Below are positions 22,601 through 30,551 of a stretch of 59,722 nucleotides of DNA, piece by piece. Every line of letters begins with the position of its first letter. Position 1 is the first letter of the stretch. The notes under the pieces were generated by a model that was given only the letters and a program-made list of their open reading frames with translations, was not told where the DNA came from and ran no database searches. Origin of the DNA: a virus (Duplodnaviria > Heunggongvirae > Uroviricota > Caudoviricetes); the IMG/VR virus record IMGVR_UViG_3300044557_000151, positions 1 to 59,722 of that record; one strand, given 5' to 3'. The translations under genes and the position numbers were made by a program.

Positions 22601-22748
22601 TTAAGTCGGATTGGATGATTAAGTTAGTTCCACCACCACCAACATAGAATCCATCCTTGCCGTCTGCACTATTGGCATAGGCTATATGAACTATTGTCCC
22701 ATCATTAATGTTACTTACGGTAATGCTATTGCTTGCTACTATCATCAT
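13602..22748 (-). CDS. Giant modular tail fibre / host-specificity (receptor-binding) protein
   Basis: 3048 aa. It has repeated GGxNL...W(S/A)PAPED carbohydrate-binding-like modules, Ala/Thr-rich coiled-coil spacers, two knob-like NNYKTTGKWFF modules, a collagen-like GDDGKDGRAGKAGTDGK stretch and a HIAYANSADG motif. Confidence 0.85.
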   Translation of the reverse strand: MMIVASNSITVSNINDGTIVHIAYANSADGKDGFYVGGGGTNLIIQSDLKTGYLDRGAGGIAGGDGDFHSDNFIATNGETVFTFSSPDYVFKGAYNHTLAMYDSDKKFLGWQPITSATQTLSKSNVAYIRFSINFTNEGGTAGELSDWLSAHRYKLEKGSVATPWSPAPSESHPIYMGTYTDFTQADSLDPTAYLWSQIKGDDGKDGRAGKAGTDGKTPYFHQAWADSSDGKANFSTTISIGKKYLGTYTDYVVDDSKDPKQYKWTELVGAIQVGGRNLVLNSDFENPISNVANVNSGRGGASVDYSYQGSRSLKVSLDPAISNNDSGVIVRFSNPQPNSTYTATGWLYSTVARTLVISSYSSNWTSLSRLPVVLQAKTWTKIEYHFTTEISVANAGVAVFVNGTTGNDIQPFYIDLVKIEQGNKATDWSPAPEDVQSSIDTVDGKAKAAQSSADKAQNDIVSATTRLTTLEQTADGIKTNVSKVTTDLESTNSALQNLNFTARNYVVSKNIKGWEGIVFSGDSQKLTFTPSGMFTGVCVPISTTFKTNTDYTMSFDITYTKGGAGQVYLGGDDSQFQSTSVYVDGKKISDRWNNIGTSFKPTTAIKYHVEVHAKTRTSFNNTDLGFFIQPIRTGTATTPYLVTIENWMINEGTQAAEYAPAPEDVDAGIASVSDAAAKAQGAADKANDEIVKTTERVSTLEQTAEGFKTTVSNLQTDVKPIQWQNATDPDLNNYKTTGKWFFSIETKNSPISPWLYLMVDAALSGARTIQTVQRDNDNALTYQRVWNEITWSPWKRIANDSDLKTLSDDYTKKFSEIKQTADSITTSVGEVKGTVKSANDLASVANTAAGKAQSTADKAQNDIVSATSRITTLEQTADGIKTTVSAAQSAVENLQVGGTNLWQQLDSVSGYFGVSVNDGEAVIHANAPIHRTMKTTVPVTAGEKLIASIYNPNKVINNLSSNRWGFYDASGKLLLPLIQIDLLTGEPVQRFTVTVPANAASVRLAFIQGPSNGEIDESIKIKVERGTIATDWSPAPLDVSGDIATVQTNLDGYKKTTDNRLSTVEQTADSFKVQIGNTTNEVATVKSSVTDVQTKVANANTAIGKAQTAADNAQKSIDNLQVGGRNLAQGTSNEWSESYTPNPNTTNQLTPVTIVLTDGLSVDDYVTYRLVLDYENVTSPDGLAARAIIQGVGDVSGWADGAFPSTGYVIPTGSGQHEITCTFKATPNHLKNTKWNVSLRHDNFATGSTRFKEFSVVKGNKISDWSPAPEDVQSSIDTVAGSASKAQASADKAQNDIVSATSRITTLEQTADGIKTTVSAAQSAVENLQVGGTNLWQQLDSVSGYFGVSVNDGEAVIHANAPIHRTMKTTVPVTAGEKLIASIYNPNKVINNLSSNRWGFYDASGKLLLPLIQIDLLTGEPVQRFTVTVPANAASVRLAFIQGPSNGEIDESIKIKVERGTIATDWSPAPLDVSGDIATVQTNLDGYKKTTDNRLSTVEQTADSFKVQIGNTTNEVATVKSSVTDVQTKVANANTAIGKAQTAADNAQKSIDNLQVGGRNLAQGTSNEWSESYTPNPNTTNQLTPVTIVLTDGLSVDDYVTYRLVLDYENVTSPDGLAARAIIQGVGDVSGWADGAFPSTGYVIPTGSGQHEITCTFKATPNHLKNTKWNVSLRHDNFATGSTRFKEFSVVKGNKISDWSPAPEDVQSSIDTVAGSASKAQASADKAQTQANTATTNAAKAQTDATTGINNAKAADGKAVNAQKGADKANADIITINKTTTDLTTQMTSATSRLNSLEVDAKGLKNTTSSLTNEVTTVKGTITETQTRIDGLNFTARNYVVSKNIKTWGNASSSGDSSFLGAAIKGDTSGGVYAWSDSIKPSTSYVMSFDLTYLTGEGTTRPGGHSGAFINASSDFVKVDGALSSRQWRDGVSDVQFGTHKPYHIEVGFTTVDDFSKAYTPLGFFIQPERTGTDDRANWTVEIRNWMINEGTQAAEYAPAPEDVQAEIDTVDKKATTATSTATSATNTANTAKSTADAANKAAGEAKSTATTANSTASTANSNASSAKTAADNANKTATDAKNTAGSAATNASSALSTANTAKSTADSANKTATTAQSTADNANLLANARDNLVLTSWFDDGKTSNWSSSSKLGTGVSVTQDPTAIPINGHSGLMNFTARDTVEQDNWISVTPGEVLHFEGWLSGYYSTVGVAFGMVMQKANNEAAGWSTAFSHSAKDSLKFHEEDITIPANIVKIQPWLQLNGTSGSDMGYGRAAGLRITRNATVETVNKAQTQANTATTNAAKAQTDANKAQSTADAANTKVTQVDTKITDVTKRVGVLESTDETFKSQLTETNSRTTWQAVSTAADFNNYKTTGKWFFNTTSLTNAPAGGYGYLIVDATSTSNRIIQTYQKDDSNAGQYQRIWNGYSWTSWKRIANDGDIKSLSDTVSSHYSEFLQTADRITSTVSSGGRNLMPKASITTYEPGSTTVDLSSWNSLGSVLVTRKSGTDGGIYVATHSGLKDETTYTISFTVDSQATKVLVYNPWNDVTGISVTIDGIAVASGVFSVDTPSAATVSWKSGEQHKVEIHFTTPKGFAAKSYSYLGPILQLNKGVATNYTAIVREVMVNEGAQAISWNEAPEDFQADIDAAIAQANRANSQASKAASDSKAASDSASAAATSAKSAADNASSASMNAKAASDNAGKAATNAAAANNSANASASSAKSAADNASQAAKDATQAAKDASDAKIKVTQTANNWSVFAKKNGIMTGISVDANGVINMSAAKVVIDGKLIAGTINAVDITGANISGSVIKSPYSKVVTKEEAEADPSLGSYGVNTGVAQFKNGGLYIDYKNDLMSNSPVADPEGQTYYSHIQVAQGMMSATYKGDPAMPSSDIQTANISPGGLNVMIHENGKTTTGVLRASDLSQMNLSGTCLWKGAQLMHDKQIITPSVRISNCLNGYVLVWKEWDSTKRAITGTGVRNVFVHKAVVAAANGAGWPLPLLNYGNAPSSKYIYIFDDTIHGNAMNAQQTNRSNEVLTEVYAW
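17566..20180. repeat. Tandem direct duplication, period 1302 bp (434 aa), inside the tail fibre gene
   Basis: 17566-18867 matches 18868-20169, plus an 11-bp overhang. Identical shadow ORFs recur at +1302 (17721/19023, 18109/19411, 18260/19562). No mismatch was found in the spots compared. Confidence 0.95.
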
Positions 22749-22899
22749 TAGTTACCTCCGCCCAAATTTCAATAATTGGGGTGGAGATACCATAAGTCCG
22801 CCAGATTTGTTCAATCACATCACTTGCGCTTGTGGCTTCAAAGCTAACTTGTGTGAATTCTCCCCCAAGTTCAACGTTTGCATAAAATGTACTTTTCAT
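22726..22899 (-). CDS. Small hypothetical protein (57 aa) missed by the ORF track
   Basis: The ATG overlaps the upstream stop (TAATG). Translation is MKSTFYANVELGGEFTQVSFEATSASDVIEQIWRTYGISTPIIEIWAEVTNDDSSKQ, and it overlaps the tail fibre start. Confidence 0.7.
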   Translation of the reverse strand: MKSTFYANVELGGEFTQVSFEATSASDVIEQIWRTYGISTPIIEIWAEVTNDDSSKQ

Positions 22900-24020
22900 T
22901 ATTGATTCACCTCGCAGGTATATTGAGCTTTGACATTGATATCAGTCGCTGTAACACTAATTTTTTTACCAGTTTTATATTGATTGCCTGTACCGCCAAA
23001 GTTGGCATTTAATACGCCATTCTGGTCACGTTGAGACCATTTATAAGTATAATCTTTCCCTGCTACATCAATTTCAGCACCAGATTGAAATACTCGGCAA
23101 GTAAGCGTTGTTGTACCAGAACCGTTTTTAAAAATACTACCTGCTGTACTATCAATTGTACAAGTTAATGGATCTGAATAATCAAGAAGTGTAATGATGC
23201 CACTTACGGCAGTCCCTGCTGTACCGCCTTCTTTGTCAATAATTACTGCCTTAAAGCTTTGTGAGTTCGTAATAGCCGTTGGTAGAACTGTTAGTATTCC
23301 TTGAGAAGTTGTAGTTGTTCCTGCTGTTACATTAGGAGTTTGACCAGTTGTATCTGAAGTAGCTAAATGCCAGCCTAATCCAAGGTTTGAGTTATAGCCA
23401 ACTGAGCTAGTTGCAGTTACAGAGCTGTCTGAATAGCCGAAGAATATTTGCTTGTTTCCTGCGGAGAGTTGTCCTCCTTTATATAAATCGGCATTAATTG
23501 TTAAGCTTGCGGGCATAGAATTGTAGAACGCTCCACCATTCCCAGCATAAACATTTGCAAGAACAGCTGATTTGGCAAGTTGTACAACAGTTAAATCTAA
23601 AGTAGCTGAAAACGGAACATTTAAACCTGTGTTAGGGTCAATCCATAATCCAGAAGCGGTGAATCGTGATGCTGAGTTAACAATTGGGACATTGACTTTT
23701 GTTGTCAATACACTATTTGCACTTCCACTTATATATTGATTCTCAGTATTAGTAGTTGATGTGACAGTTGTTGTTGTCGTTCCATCTGAACGTGTCCAAG
23801 TAATTTTTCCTGAAATACCACTAACAACGGAAGTGGCACTCCCTGCTTTGGTAAGATTAAGCGTTAAAACTTGTGGAGTAGTTGCATAACTTGGTGACCA
23901 TGTTTGAGCTGTTGCATCATAGGTTTGAGTAGTCGCCCCACTCGCTGTGATGAAAGCATTGAGTTGCATACCATCTGATAAATCTGTGATTGTGATTTGT
24001 CCACTTGAGACAATTGACAT
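22899..24020 (-). CDS. Tail/adsorption-complex protein (Thr/Ser/Gly-rich, Ig-like folds likely)
   Basis: 373 aa, SD GGAGG. The MSIVSSGQITITDLSDG start resembles receptor-binding-module genes of lactobacillus temperate siphophages (from recall, not searched). Confidence 0.6.
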   Translation of the reverse strand: MSIVSSGQITITDLSDGMQLNAFITASGATTQTYDATAQTWSPSYATTPQVLTLNLTKAGSATSVVSGISGKITWTRSDGTTTTTVTSTTNTENQYISGSANSVLTTKVNVPIVNSASRFTASGLWIDPNTGLNVPFSATLDLTVVQLAKSAVLANVYAGNGGAFYNSMPASLTINADLYKGGQLSAGNKQIFFGYSDSSVTATSSVGYNSNLGLGWHLATSDTTGQTPNVTAGTTTTSQGILTVLPTAITNSQSFKAVIIDKEGGTAGTAVSGIITLLDYSDPLTCTIDSTAGSIFKNGSGTTTLTCRVFQSGAEIDVAGKDYTYKWSQRDQNGVLNANFGGTGNQYKTGKKISVTATDINVKAQYTCEVNQ

Positions 24021-24035
24021 ATTTTATTCCTCCTA

Positions 24036-26996
24036 TTAATTAAGTGATTCTGCGGTGCAATCAAATGTAGCTCTCCGCAAAACGTCACTATTTGTAATTG
24101 TAATTGATTTCTGACTTGTTTGATGAGCAAGATCCCAAGCGGTATCTGCTGTTCCGTCAGCATTAGTTTTAGACCATACATAAGCAAATTTTGTTCCATC
24201 ACTATCAATTTCTTTATTATTTTGATAAAGTATCGCAGTGAAAGTTGTATTAATGATATTATTTTTAAATTGATAGCCATTAGATGAATCAATGACTAGA
24301 TTAATTGGGCTAATCCCGTCTTCTCCATCATGACCTTTAATCAACGACCAAGCATACTTGCTTGGGTCAGTGCTTTCTGTAGCTGTAAAGTCAACATACA
24401 CACCGATATAAGTTCGATTAGAGTCACTCACAGAAAAATCTGTTTTACCATCAGCTGAATTAGCATAAGCAATATGCGTATACGGAATAAGATTGTTGAC
24501 TGCATTTTGAGCGTCAATAGCTTTTTTGTTTACTGCACCTACCTGATCAGCAATGTTCTTAACCAACTCAGTTTTGGTATCGCTGACGCTAAATTTGATC
24601 TTATCTGCCGTCTGTTCGAGTGTGGATACTTTTTCCTTTTGGCTGTTTAACTCATCAGTGTTTTCGTCCATTTCGCCTTGTAGACTAGTCACCTTAGCCG
24701 TAATGCTGTCTGGTCCTTGAGTCAACTCTGAGTAATCGCTCTTGATCGATTTAATATCACCAGTTAAATCATCAATTGACCCTTCGGTCTTCTCGACTCT
24801 ACCTTTGATAGCGTCATTGGCTAATGTAAACTCAGAATGATTATCATCAACCTTGTCTTCCAGGCCCTTGAGTTTTGTATCATCGGCTTTTAAAGTGATT
24901 TTCTCATTGGTTTGGTCGATTTCTGTCTTTAACGCCAGTTGAGTTGTAATCAAGTCGTCGGGCGACATCTGCCATGAACTATCAATGAATGAGGTCAGTC
25001 TTGCATAGAACTTCGTAAAGTAGACTTCACCATCACGATGAAGAATTGGCAACACACGCGCCTTTGCGACATCGTCACGCGTTACTGTGGTCTTGTATGC
25101 AATATTCTTAGCCGACATGGAGGCGATACTGTCAGTAACACCTAAGTCAGTTAACGACAGTTCTGTGAAGTCTACCCGGATATTATCTGCGTCATAAAAC
25201 TCGATTTTTACAACTCGCTTATCCGCTAATTTAGCGAAGTCTTTGACCATAAATTGTGCCGTGACGGCCAGACTATCGCTTTTCTGAACTGGGAAGTAGT
25301 TGGAATACGCCGTAAGGATATTCTCGGCCTTTGTCCCGGTTTGAGCCAACTTGAGCCATGCGGTTTTATTCTTATCGGTGTAGATCGTATCTTGGGAAGA
25401 CATTCCAGTCCAGCTAACATCTTTACCTTGTGAAAAATCACTGTTGTTAATCAGGTTAGATGATCCAGCCTGTAATGCTGCAAGTTTATCGGACGTTTCT
25501 TTTGATACTGTTTGTTTAATTTCGGTAGAAGTTTGTTCAATCGAAGACTTGGTAGCAGTAATATCTTCACCTTGTTTTTCGATCGTTTCCGCTTGGGAAG
25601 TTAACTTCTCTTCAGTTTGCGTTCGGAAAGCCTCTTCCGTGACCTGCTTTTCGCCGATTTCTTTTTGACGTTTTACGAGATCTTCAATCTTGCCAGCGGT
25701 TTGAATTCGTTCCGCCTTTAAGATATCAACACTCGCAAACACATCATTACTGTTCGGTTCCCAAGTGGTTGGCTTGTCACCCGTTTCTAGTTTAGCCTTA
25801 GCAAGATATACGATATTCTTATCAGTATTGCCAGTCGCGTAGATGTCTACGATTGCTGTAACAGATTGGGCAACAAAGGTAGTAAAGAACCGCTGCATGG
25901 ACTCGTTACCAATGTACGTATCATTAGATGAGTTCTTGAACGCGCTCTTGCTCAGACTGCTGTGAATTTCTACTTTTCCTGAAGCTATTTGCTCTCGGGC
26001 AAAAACACTGAGTGTGTAGGTTTTACCAACAGTTAGTCCGGAAACTGATGCAGAAACCTTGCCAGTCTCATTGTCAAGTGTCAAGATCGTGGCAGATTGG
26101 TATTTGTCGCCAGTAATCGTAACCGCGGCATCATTAGAAGCTTTCCATGTTTCGTTATCCCATGTACGAGAATCAGATAACAGGTTGGCCTTTTGCATAT
26201 CCCAAGCGTCTAGTTCGCCTGCTAAATCTTCTCGGCTTACAGTCTGCGCAATTTTGTCGTTTGCAAGGTCGATACTTGCTTGAGCCTTAGAAACATCGTT
26301 CGTTAATAGGTCAAGCTCCTCTTTGGTCGCGGCAAGTTCAACCTTGTCTTTGGTTTGCTTAATTTCCGTCTTGTTATTCTCGACAGAGTTATTCAACAAG
26401 TCAAAATCGGTTGAGTCAACCTTCTGGTCAATTACACCGTTAATCTTGTCAATATCCTGAGAAACCTTTGTTGAAGCTTCTGTTACTTTTTGTAATTCGG
26501 CTTTGGTATCTTCAAGGTCGTCTTTTGCATCTTTAAGGGACTGATCGGTTGCATCAGCCTGAGCTGTAACTGTTCGGAGATTCTCGGCCGCCTCATCTTG
26601 TGCGGCTTTCAAATTGGCGGAGAGTTCATCTTTGGCAGCCTTAATATCCGTAGTCATTTGCGTGTTGAGTTCAGCAACTTTATCCAAGGCATCTTGGAGC
26701 ATTTTGTTAGCTAGTACTTCAGCTGCTTTACGAGCTGCCTCAAGATCAGAAGCAGACTGATTTCCAATCATACCTTGCAGATCAGATTTCGATTGACTTA
26801 CGGCTGTATCGATTATAGAATTTACCTCGTCAGACGTCATCCCGCCCAAACCAGTGATTCCGCCATCGATTAATCCGTTAATTGCCGCTACAAGATCGGT
26901 TTTAATATTTGTTTTAAGTTGATCTAGGTCCCCAACGTCTTTAACGGTGACGTACTCGTAAACACCATTTTGGAGAGCTTTGACGATTGGCTTCAA
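24036..26996 (-). CDS. Minor tail / adsorption protein (coiled coil plus carbohydrate-binding-like modules)
   Basis: 986 aa, TTG start with SD GAGGT. It has a long coiled coil, two NL...W.P modules and a C-terminal YTHIAYANSADG...DPSKYAWSLIKG motif. Confidence 0.7.
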   Translation of the reverse strand: MKPIVKALQNGVYEYVTVKDVGDLDQLKTNIKTDLVAAINGLIDGGITGLGGMTSDEVNSIIDTAVSQSKSDLQGMIGNQSASDLEAARKAAEVLANKMLQDALDKVAELNTQMTTDIKAAKDELSANLKAAQDEAAENLRTVTAQADATDQSLKDAKDDLEDTKAELQKVTEASTKVSQDIDKINGVIDQKVDSTDFDLLNNSVENNKTEIKQTKDKVELAATKEELDLLTNDVSKAQASIDLANDKIAQTVSREDLAGELDAWDMQKANLLSDSRTWDNETWKASNDAAVTITGDKYQSATILTLDNETGKVSASVSGLTVGKTYTLSVFAREQIASGKVEIHSSLSKSAFKNSSNDTYIGNESMQRFFTTFVAQSVTAIVDIYATGNTDKNIVYLAKAKLETGDKPTTWEPNSNDVFASVDILKAERIQTAGKIEDLVKRQKEIGEKQVTEEAFRTQTEEKLTSQAETIEKQGEDITATKSSIEQTSTEIKQTVSKETSDKLAALQAGSSNLINNSDFSQGKDVSWTGMSSQDTIYTDKNKTAWLKLAQTGTKAENILTAYSNYFPVQKSDSLAVTAQFMVKDFAKLADKRVVKIEFYDADNIRVDFTELSLTDLGVTDSIASMSAKNIAYKTTVTRDDVAKARVLPILHRDGEVYFTKFYARLTSFIDSSWQMSPDDLITTQLALKTEIDQTNEKITLKADDTKLKGLEDKVDDNHSEFTLANDAIKGRVEKTEGSIDDLTGDIKSIKSDYSELTQGPDSITAKVTSLQGEMDENTDELNSQKEKVSTLEQTADKIKFSVSDTKTELVKNIADQVGAVNKKAIDAQNAVNNLIPYTHIAYANSADGKTDFSVSDSNRTYIGVYVDFTATESTDPSKYAWSLIKGHDGEDGISPINLVIDSSNGYQFKNNIINTTFTAILYQNNKEIDSDGTKFAYVWSKTNADGTADTAWDLAHQTSQKSITITNSDVLRRATFDCTAESLN

Positions 26997-27040
26997 TAAA
27001 TGGCCACCTCTTTGATAAAAATTTTGGTACTTATGTATAT

Positions 27041-27070
27041 GAAAGGGCGGGACGTTAACCCCGCCCTTTC
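27041..27070. terminator. Terminator-like hairpin after the tail tube gene
   Basis: GAAAGGGCGGG-8 nt-CCCGCCCTTTC, an 11-bp perfect stem with only a short U tract. Confidence 0.55.
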
Positions 27071-27082
27071 ATGGCTTTGCGA

Positions 27083-28192
27083 TTATTCCACTACTTTGTA
27101 TTCGCAGAGGACATCTTTGCCTTCATCGTTCTTGGCCGGGAACAAGTCGAAGACAAGAGATAAGGAGGTTGGTTCCTTTGCACTTTGGTTCATAGTGAAG
27201 TTTGCTTGTGGTTTTGCGTTCAAGTAGTGAATTTGAACGAATTCATCTTCGGAAGTTTCTTCATTACGCAAGAATGCGTCAGCAAAAATTTCGAAGTTAC
27301 CAGCAAACTTGTCGCTGTAGATGGATAAGGTGCGCGCTTCTGGGACTTCTTCCAAGAAGTAAACTACATATGCGTCGCCAACTTGAGCATTGTCAGATAA
27401 GGTAATGTTTGCACCATTTACAGTGAAAGTAACGGAGCCCGCAGCCAGACCTTCTTCTGCGGCCTTCGCAGCAGAAATGGCAGCTGCGGTCGCCTTAACA
27501 GCAGTAGCAGCAGTACCGCCTTCTTTAACAGTGGTTGCCGCAACAACAGCAGAAGGAGCGGATTGCCCAGCACTGTTGATTGCCACAACGGTGTACTTGT
27601 AATCCTTTTCAGGAGTCAAGCCGGCATCCTCGTAAGAAGCGTCAACGACGTTACCAACTTGTGCACCATCACGCATTACTAAGTAGCCAGTTGCACCAGC
27701 GGAAGCGTCCCAACTAATAGATGCAGTAACATCCTTGGCGGTAACGCTTACATTTTCTGGCATCTTAGGAATAGAGCCAGAGCCACCGATGTTTGCACGA
27801 AGCAATTGAGAGCCATCGTGTTCACGACGATCAGATTTCAACTTGAAGACGGAAATAGAATCAGCTTCCGGAACTGCGGATAAAGTTAAAATCTTGCTTG
27901 CGTCAACAACATAATCTTCGTGACGGAAGATTTGTTGTGCCCCTTCTTTGACTTCAGTACCGTTCATTAAAGCAAGCAGTTGCAAGTCGAACAATTCTGC
28001 TTCAACGGTAAGCTTACCAGTACGAGCGCCGTCCCACGCAATTGCGTTAGCACCCTTCTTGGTAGCATAAGTGGTTTCAGACGTAAACTCTGCGTTAGTA
28101 GAGTTGGCGTAGTCGATATAGGTTGCGACCTTGTTGGTTTGCTTATTAATTAAAACCAAGTTGGCGGCATCCTTCATACCATAAGTTGCCAT
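27083..28192 (-). CDS. Major tail tube protein with internal FN3 domain
   Basis: 369 aa. The N-terminus YGMKDAANL...TYATKKG...IAWD is tube-like, and there is an FN3 insert (PENVSVT...SISWDAS.GATGY.V.RDG...YEDAGLTPEKDYKYTV.A). Confidence 0.75.
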   Translation of the reverse strand: MATYGMKDAANLVLINKQTNKVATYIDYANSTNAEFTSETTYATKKGANAIAWDGARTGKLTVEAELFDLQLLALMNGTEVKEGAQQIFRHEDYVVDASKILTLSAVPEADSISVFKLKSDRREHDGSQLLRANIGGSGSIPKMPENVSVTAKDVTASISWDASAGATGYLVMRDGAQVGNVVDASYEDAGLTPEKDYKYTVVAINSAGQSAPSAVVAATTVKEGGTAATAVKATAAAISAAKAAEEGLAAGSVTFTVNGANITLSDNAQVGDAYVVYFLEEVPEARTLSIYSDKFAGNFEIFADAFLRNEETSEDEFVQIHYLNAKPQANFTMNQSAKEPTSLSLVFDLFPAKNDEGKDVLCEYKVVE

Positions 28193-28216
28193 TTAGTAAC
28201 TTCCTTTCACGACTTG

Positions 28217-28984
28217 TCAAAGTCGTTTAATCGATGTAATAGCTCGCCAATCCTTCATCTTCATATCCTTCGTATCGAATTTGTATGAAGTGTAGATGGC
28301 GAATTGTTTTTCAGTTGCTTCTCTTATCTCGTATGCATCATATAAGTTGAGGAATTGGTAATAATTCAGGGCACTTACCTCGGCAAGAGACTTGCCAGAA
28401 GTAACGGATAAAATGAGGATTTTATCTGCCAGAGTCATTCCAATCGAGTGTTCAGCTCTACGTTTTCTACCTTTATATAAGGAGTTCCACATCTTACGTT
28501 GTTTAGGAGACATACCTCTGGGCGGAATCAGGTCCTTGTTGGCATGGTAATCAACAAGCATCTTTATAATTCGTCCAAAGTCTGAAAGCTTAGCGGCATC
28601 GAATACGGTGTCGTGAGTTTCAGAAATGATCTTGCCGTTACTAAGCAATTGATAATCTTCAATATTCGTTTGAGTCCAATATGCGATACTTGCAATCATT
28701 GCTTCAGATACCGTCTTTGTGTCGAACACAGGTCCTAGGGAGGCATCAACCTGTGGATCTTTCATACAAACCCACAAAGTCGGGAACTGTTTTTCTAACT
28801 CATCGATTTCTGGTGATTCAGCAAAGATTTCACGAGTTGAGATCACAAACGGTCTGAACAAACGTGCAAATTTGCTTTCTGAAACGTCTGCAATATCTTT
28901 AATTGTTGGAACGTGAATATTGAGATTATCGTTAAATGGGATATCCTCACCAAGTAACAGGCGTGTATAATCCAGTTCGGACAT
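28217..28984 (-). CDS. Hypothetical tail protein
   Basis: 255-aa ORF coupled to its neighbours between the head-tail and tail tube genes. Confidence 0.5.
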   Translation of the reverse strand: MSELDYTRLLLGEDIPFNDNLNIHVPTIKDIADVSESKFARLFRPFVISTREIFAESPEIDELEKQFPTLWVCMKDPQVDASLGPVFDTKTVSEAMIASIAYWTQTNIEDYQLLSNGKIISETHDTVFDAAKLSDFGRIIKMLVDYHANKDLIPPRGMSPKQRKMWNSLYKGRKRRAEHSIGMTLADKILILSVTSGKSLAEVSALNYYQFLNLYDAYEIREATEKQFAIYTSYKFDTKDMKMKDWRAITSIKRL

Positions 28985-29538
28985 TACTTCGGACCCATTA
29001 CTTCATAACCAATCACTGCTCCACCAAACTTGTTGTTTTGCGTCCACAGTTCGTTGTATGAGCCGAGTTGCATCGAACCTAATCCAAAGTCCTTACCTTG
29101 GAAGATGCGCTGTAGACGGCCTACAATTTCGTCCTGACGGATGCCACTGTCGGTGTGCATAATGTCGCGATCGGTTAGAACATAAAAGTAGATATATCCC
29201 ATGACGTTAAGATAAGAGAATTGACGAAATGATTCTTGGGGAACGAACCCGGAAATTCCTAACGAGATGAATGTCTTCTTTTCGACGACAACATCATCGT
29301 TATACATGATCTTTAGCAACTGATCGTCAACCAGCGCAATTCGATCTTCCATAGGAACGTCTGGGCGTCTAGCCCAATCTGTAACCGGATAAGCGACGAG
29401 CTTCATCAGTTGGTCGTCTTGAATCATCATTTCCATGATTCGCTGTTTCCACTGAGTTAGATGTAGCAATGGGGAGTCATTACTTCCCTGTTGCTTATTC
29501 ATTTGCTGTTCCTTAATCCGTTCTGTAAAGCTGGACAC
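28984..29538 (-). CDS. Hypothetical, probable tail terminator/completion protein
   Basis: 184 aa, SD GAGGTG, positioned in the neck module. Confidence 0.45.
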   Translation of the reverse strand: MSSFTERIKEQQMNKQQGSNDSPLLHLTQWKQRIMEMMIQDDQLMKLVAYPVTDWARRPDVPMEDRIALVDDQLLKIMYNDDVVVEKKTFISLGISGFVPQESFRQFSYLNVMGYIYFYVLTDRDIMHTDSGIRQDEIVGRLQRIFQGKDFGLGSMQLGSYNELWTQNNKFGGAVIGYEVMGPK

Positions 29539-29552
29539 TCGCTCACCTCAAA

Positions 29553-30551
29553 TCAATATTTCGTCCTAATGTTTAGTGTCTGTGAGTAAATCTGATCGCC
29601 TTTCTTGGCAATTAGATTGATGATCTGCCCGACACAACGGTAATCATCCTTAATCCGTAACGTGATTGAATGAGTGTCCTTTTCTTGAATTACGAATGAC
29701 GTTCCGTCTACACAGCTTACAGTCCATTCATCGATGTCGTAATCACTTACGTCATCTCCGATTGCCTGAGTGGTCTTGTAAACATATGTCATTCCTAGAC
29801 GTGGATGAAGGTCTCCTTCAATCTGAATTGTTCCTGCTACTGGCGTTTCAACCTGAGCAGGCGTACCATCATTGAGCTTAACACCCGCAATGCGTTTCTC
29901 ACGGTCGTCGGTTTCTGGATTGAAAGTATCTTCTTCCATCAGAAGGTTAATTAACCCGATGCGAGAAACGTCATCTTTAAACATGCAGCGATACACATCA
30001 TATCCAATGAAGAACCGTTGCCCGATGGCAATCTTTTGTGTTTCTTCATTATTTTGTACATAAAGCATCATCTTCGCATTTGCTACATCAAGGTAATTCC
30101 CTAAGTTGGAAACCCCTAATGTATACAAGGTTTGGTTCTGCACATAAGCTCCCCAACCCTTGCCATTATTAGAAACCTTGCCATCAATAAGCCAAAACAT
30201 TTGTTGATTCACATGTTTGACTTTTAACTGTTGGTGCGATGGGATAGTCTTAACTTCTTCGGTAAAGACAAGCCATTGCTCATCTCTCCAACCAATATAA
30301 GAACCGATTCCTACTGTTACGGTATTAGGTGCAATAACGTACTTATCATCTGATAAATCCTTGTTGTTAGACTGAGAATGATCTTGAAAAATTAACATCT
30401 CATCTCGTCCATCAACAGTCACAGGCTCTTTATTAAGCGCATCGGCATAATAGCGATTAAACTCGCGTCCGAGACGTTTTGTCCTGCGTTCGTATGGAGA
30501 AGCGCCGACTCTCTTCATACGAGATACGAACGACGATGAATAGTCAACCAT
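29553..30551 (-). CDS. Probable head closure/stopper protein
   Basis: 332 aa following the adaptor gene; synteny with SPbeta-like neck modules. Confidence 0.45.
   Translation of the reverse strand: MVDYSSSFVSRMKRVGASPYERRTKRLGREFNRYYADALNKEPVTVDGRDEMLIFQDHSQSNNKDLSDDKYVIAPNTVTVGIGSYIGWRDEQWLVFTEEVKTIPSHQQLKVKHVNQQMFWLIDGKVSNNGKGWGAYVQNQTLYTLGVSNLGNYLDVANAKMMLYVQNNEETQKIAIGQRFFIGYDVYRCMFKDDVSRIGLINLLMEEDTFNPETDDREKRIAGVKLNDGTPAQVETPVAGTIQIEGDLHPRLGMTYVYKTTQAIGDDVSDYDIDEWTVSCVDGTSFVIQEKDTHSITLRIKDDYRCVGQIINLIAKKGDQIYSQTLNIRTKY

Noticed and set aside
13602-22748. Diversity-generating retroelement or invertible shufflon acting on the tail fibre
   Set aside because: No reverse transcriptase was found, repeat differences are not adenine-specific, and the repeats seen are direct rather than inverted.
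23864-24292. 142-aa ORF bridging two tail genes
   Set aside because: It is an out-of-frame overlap of two well-supported CDSs and has no SD.
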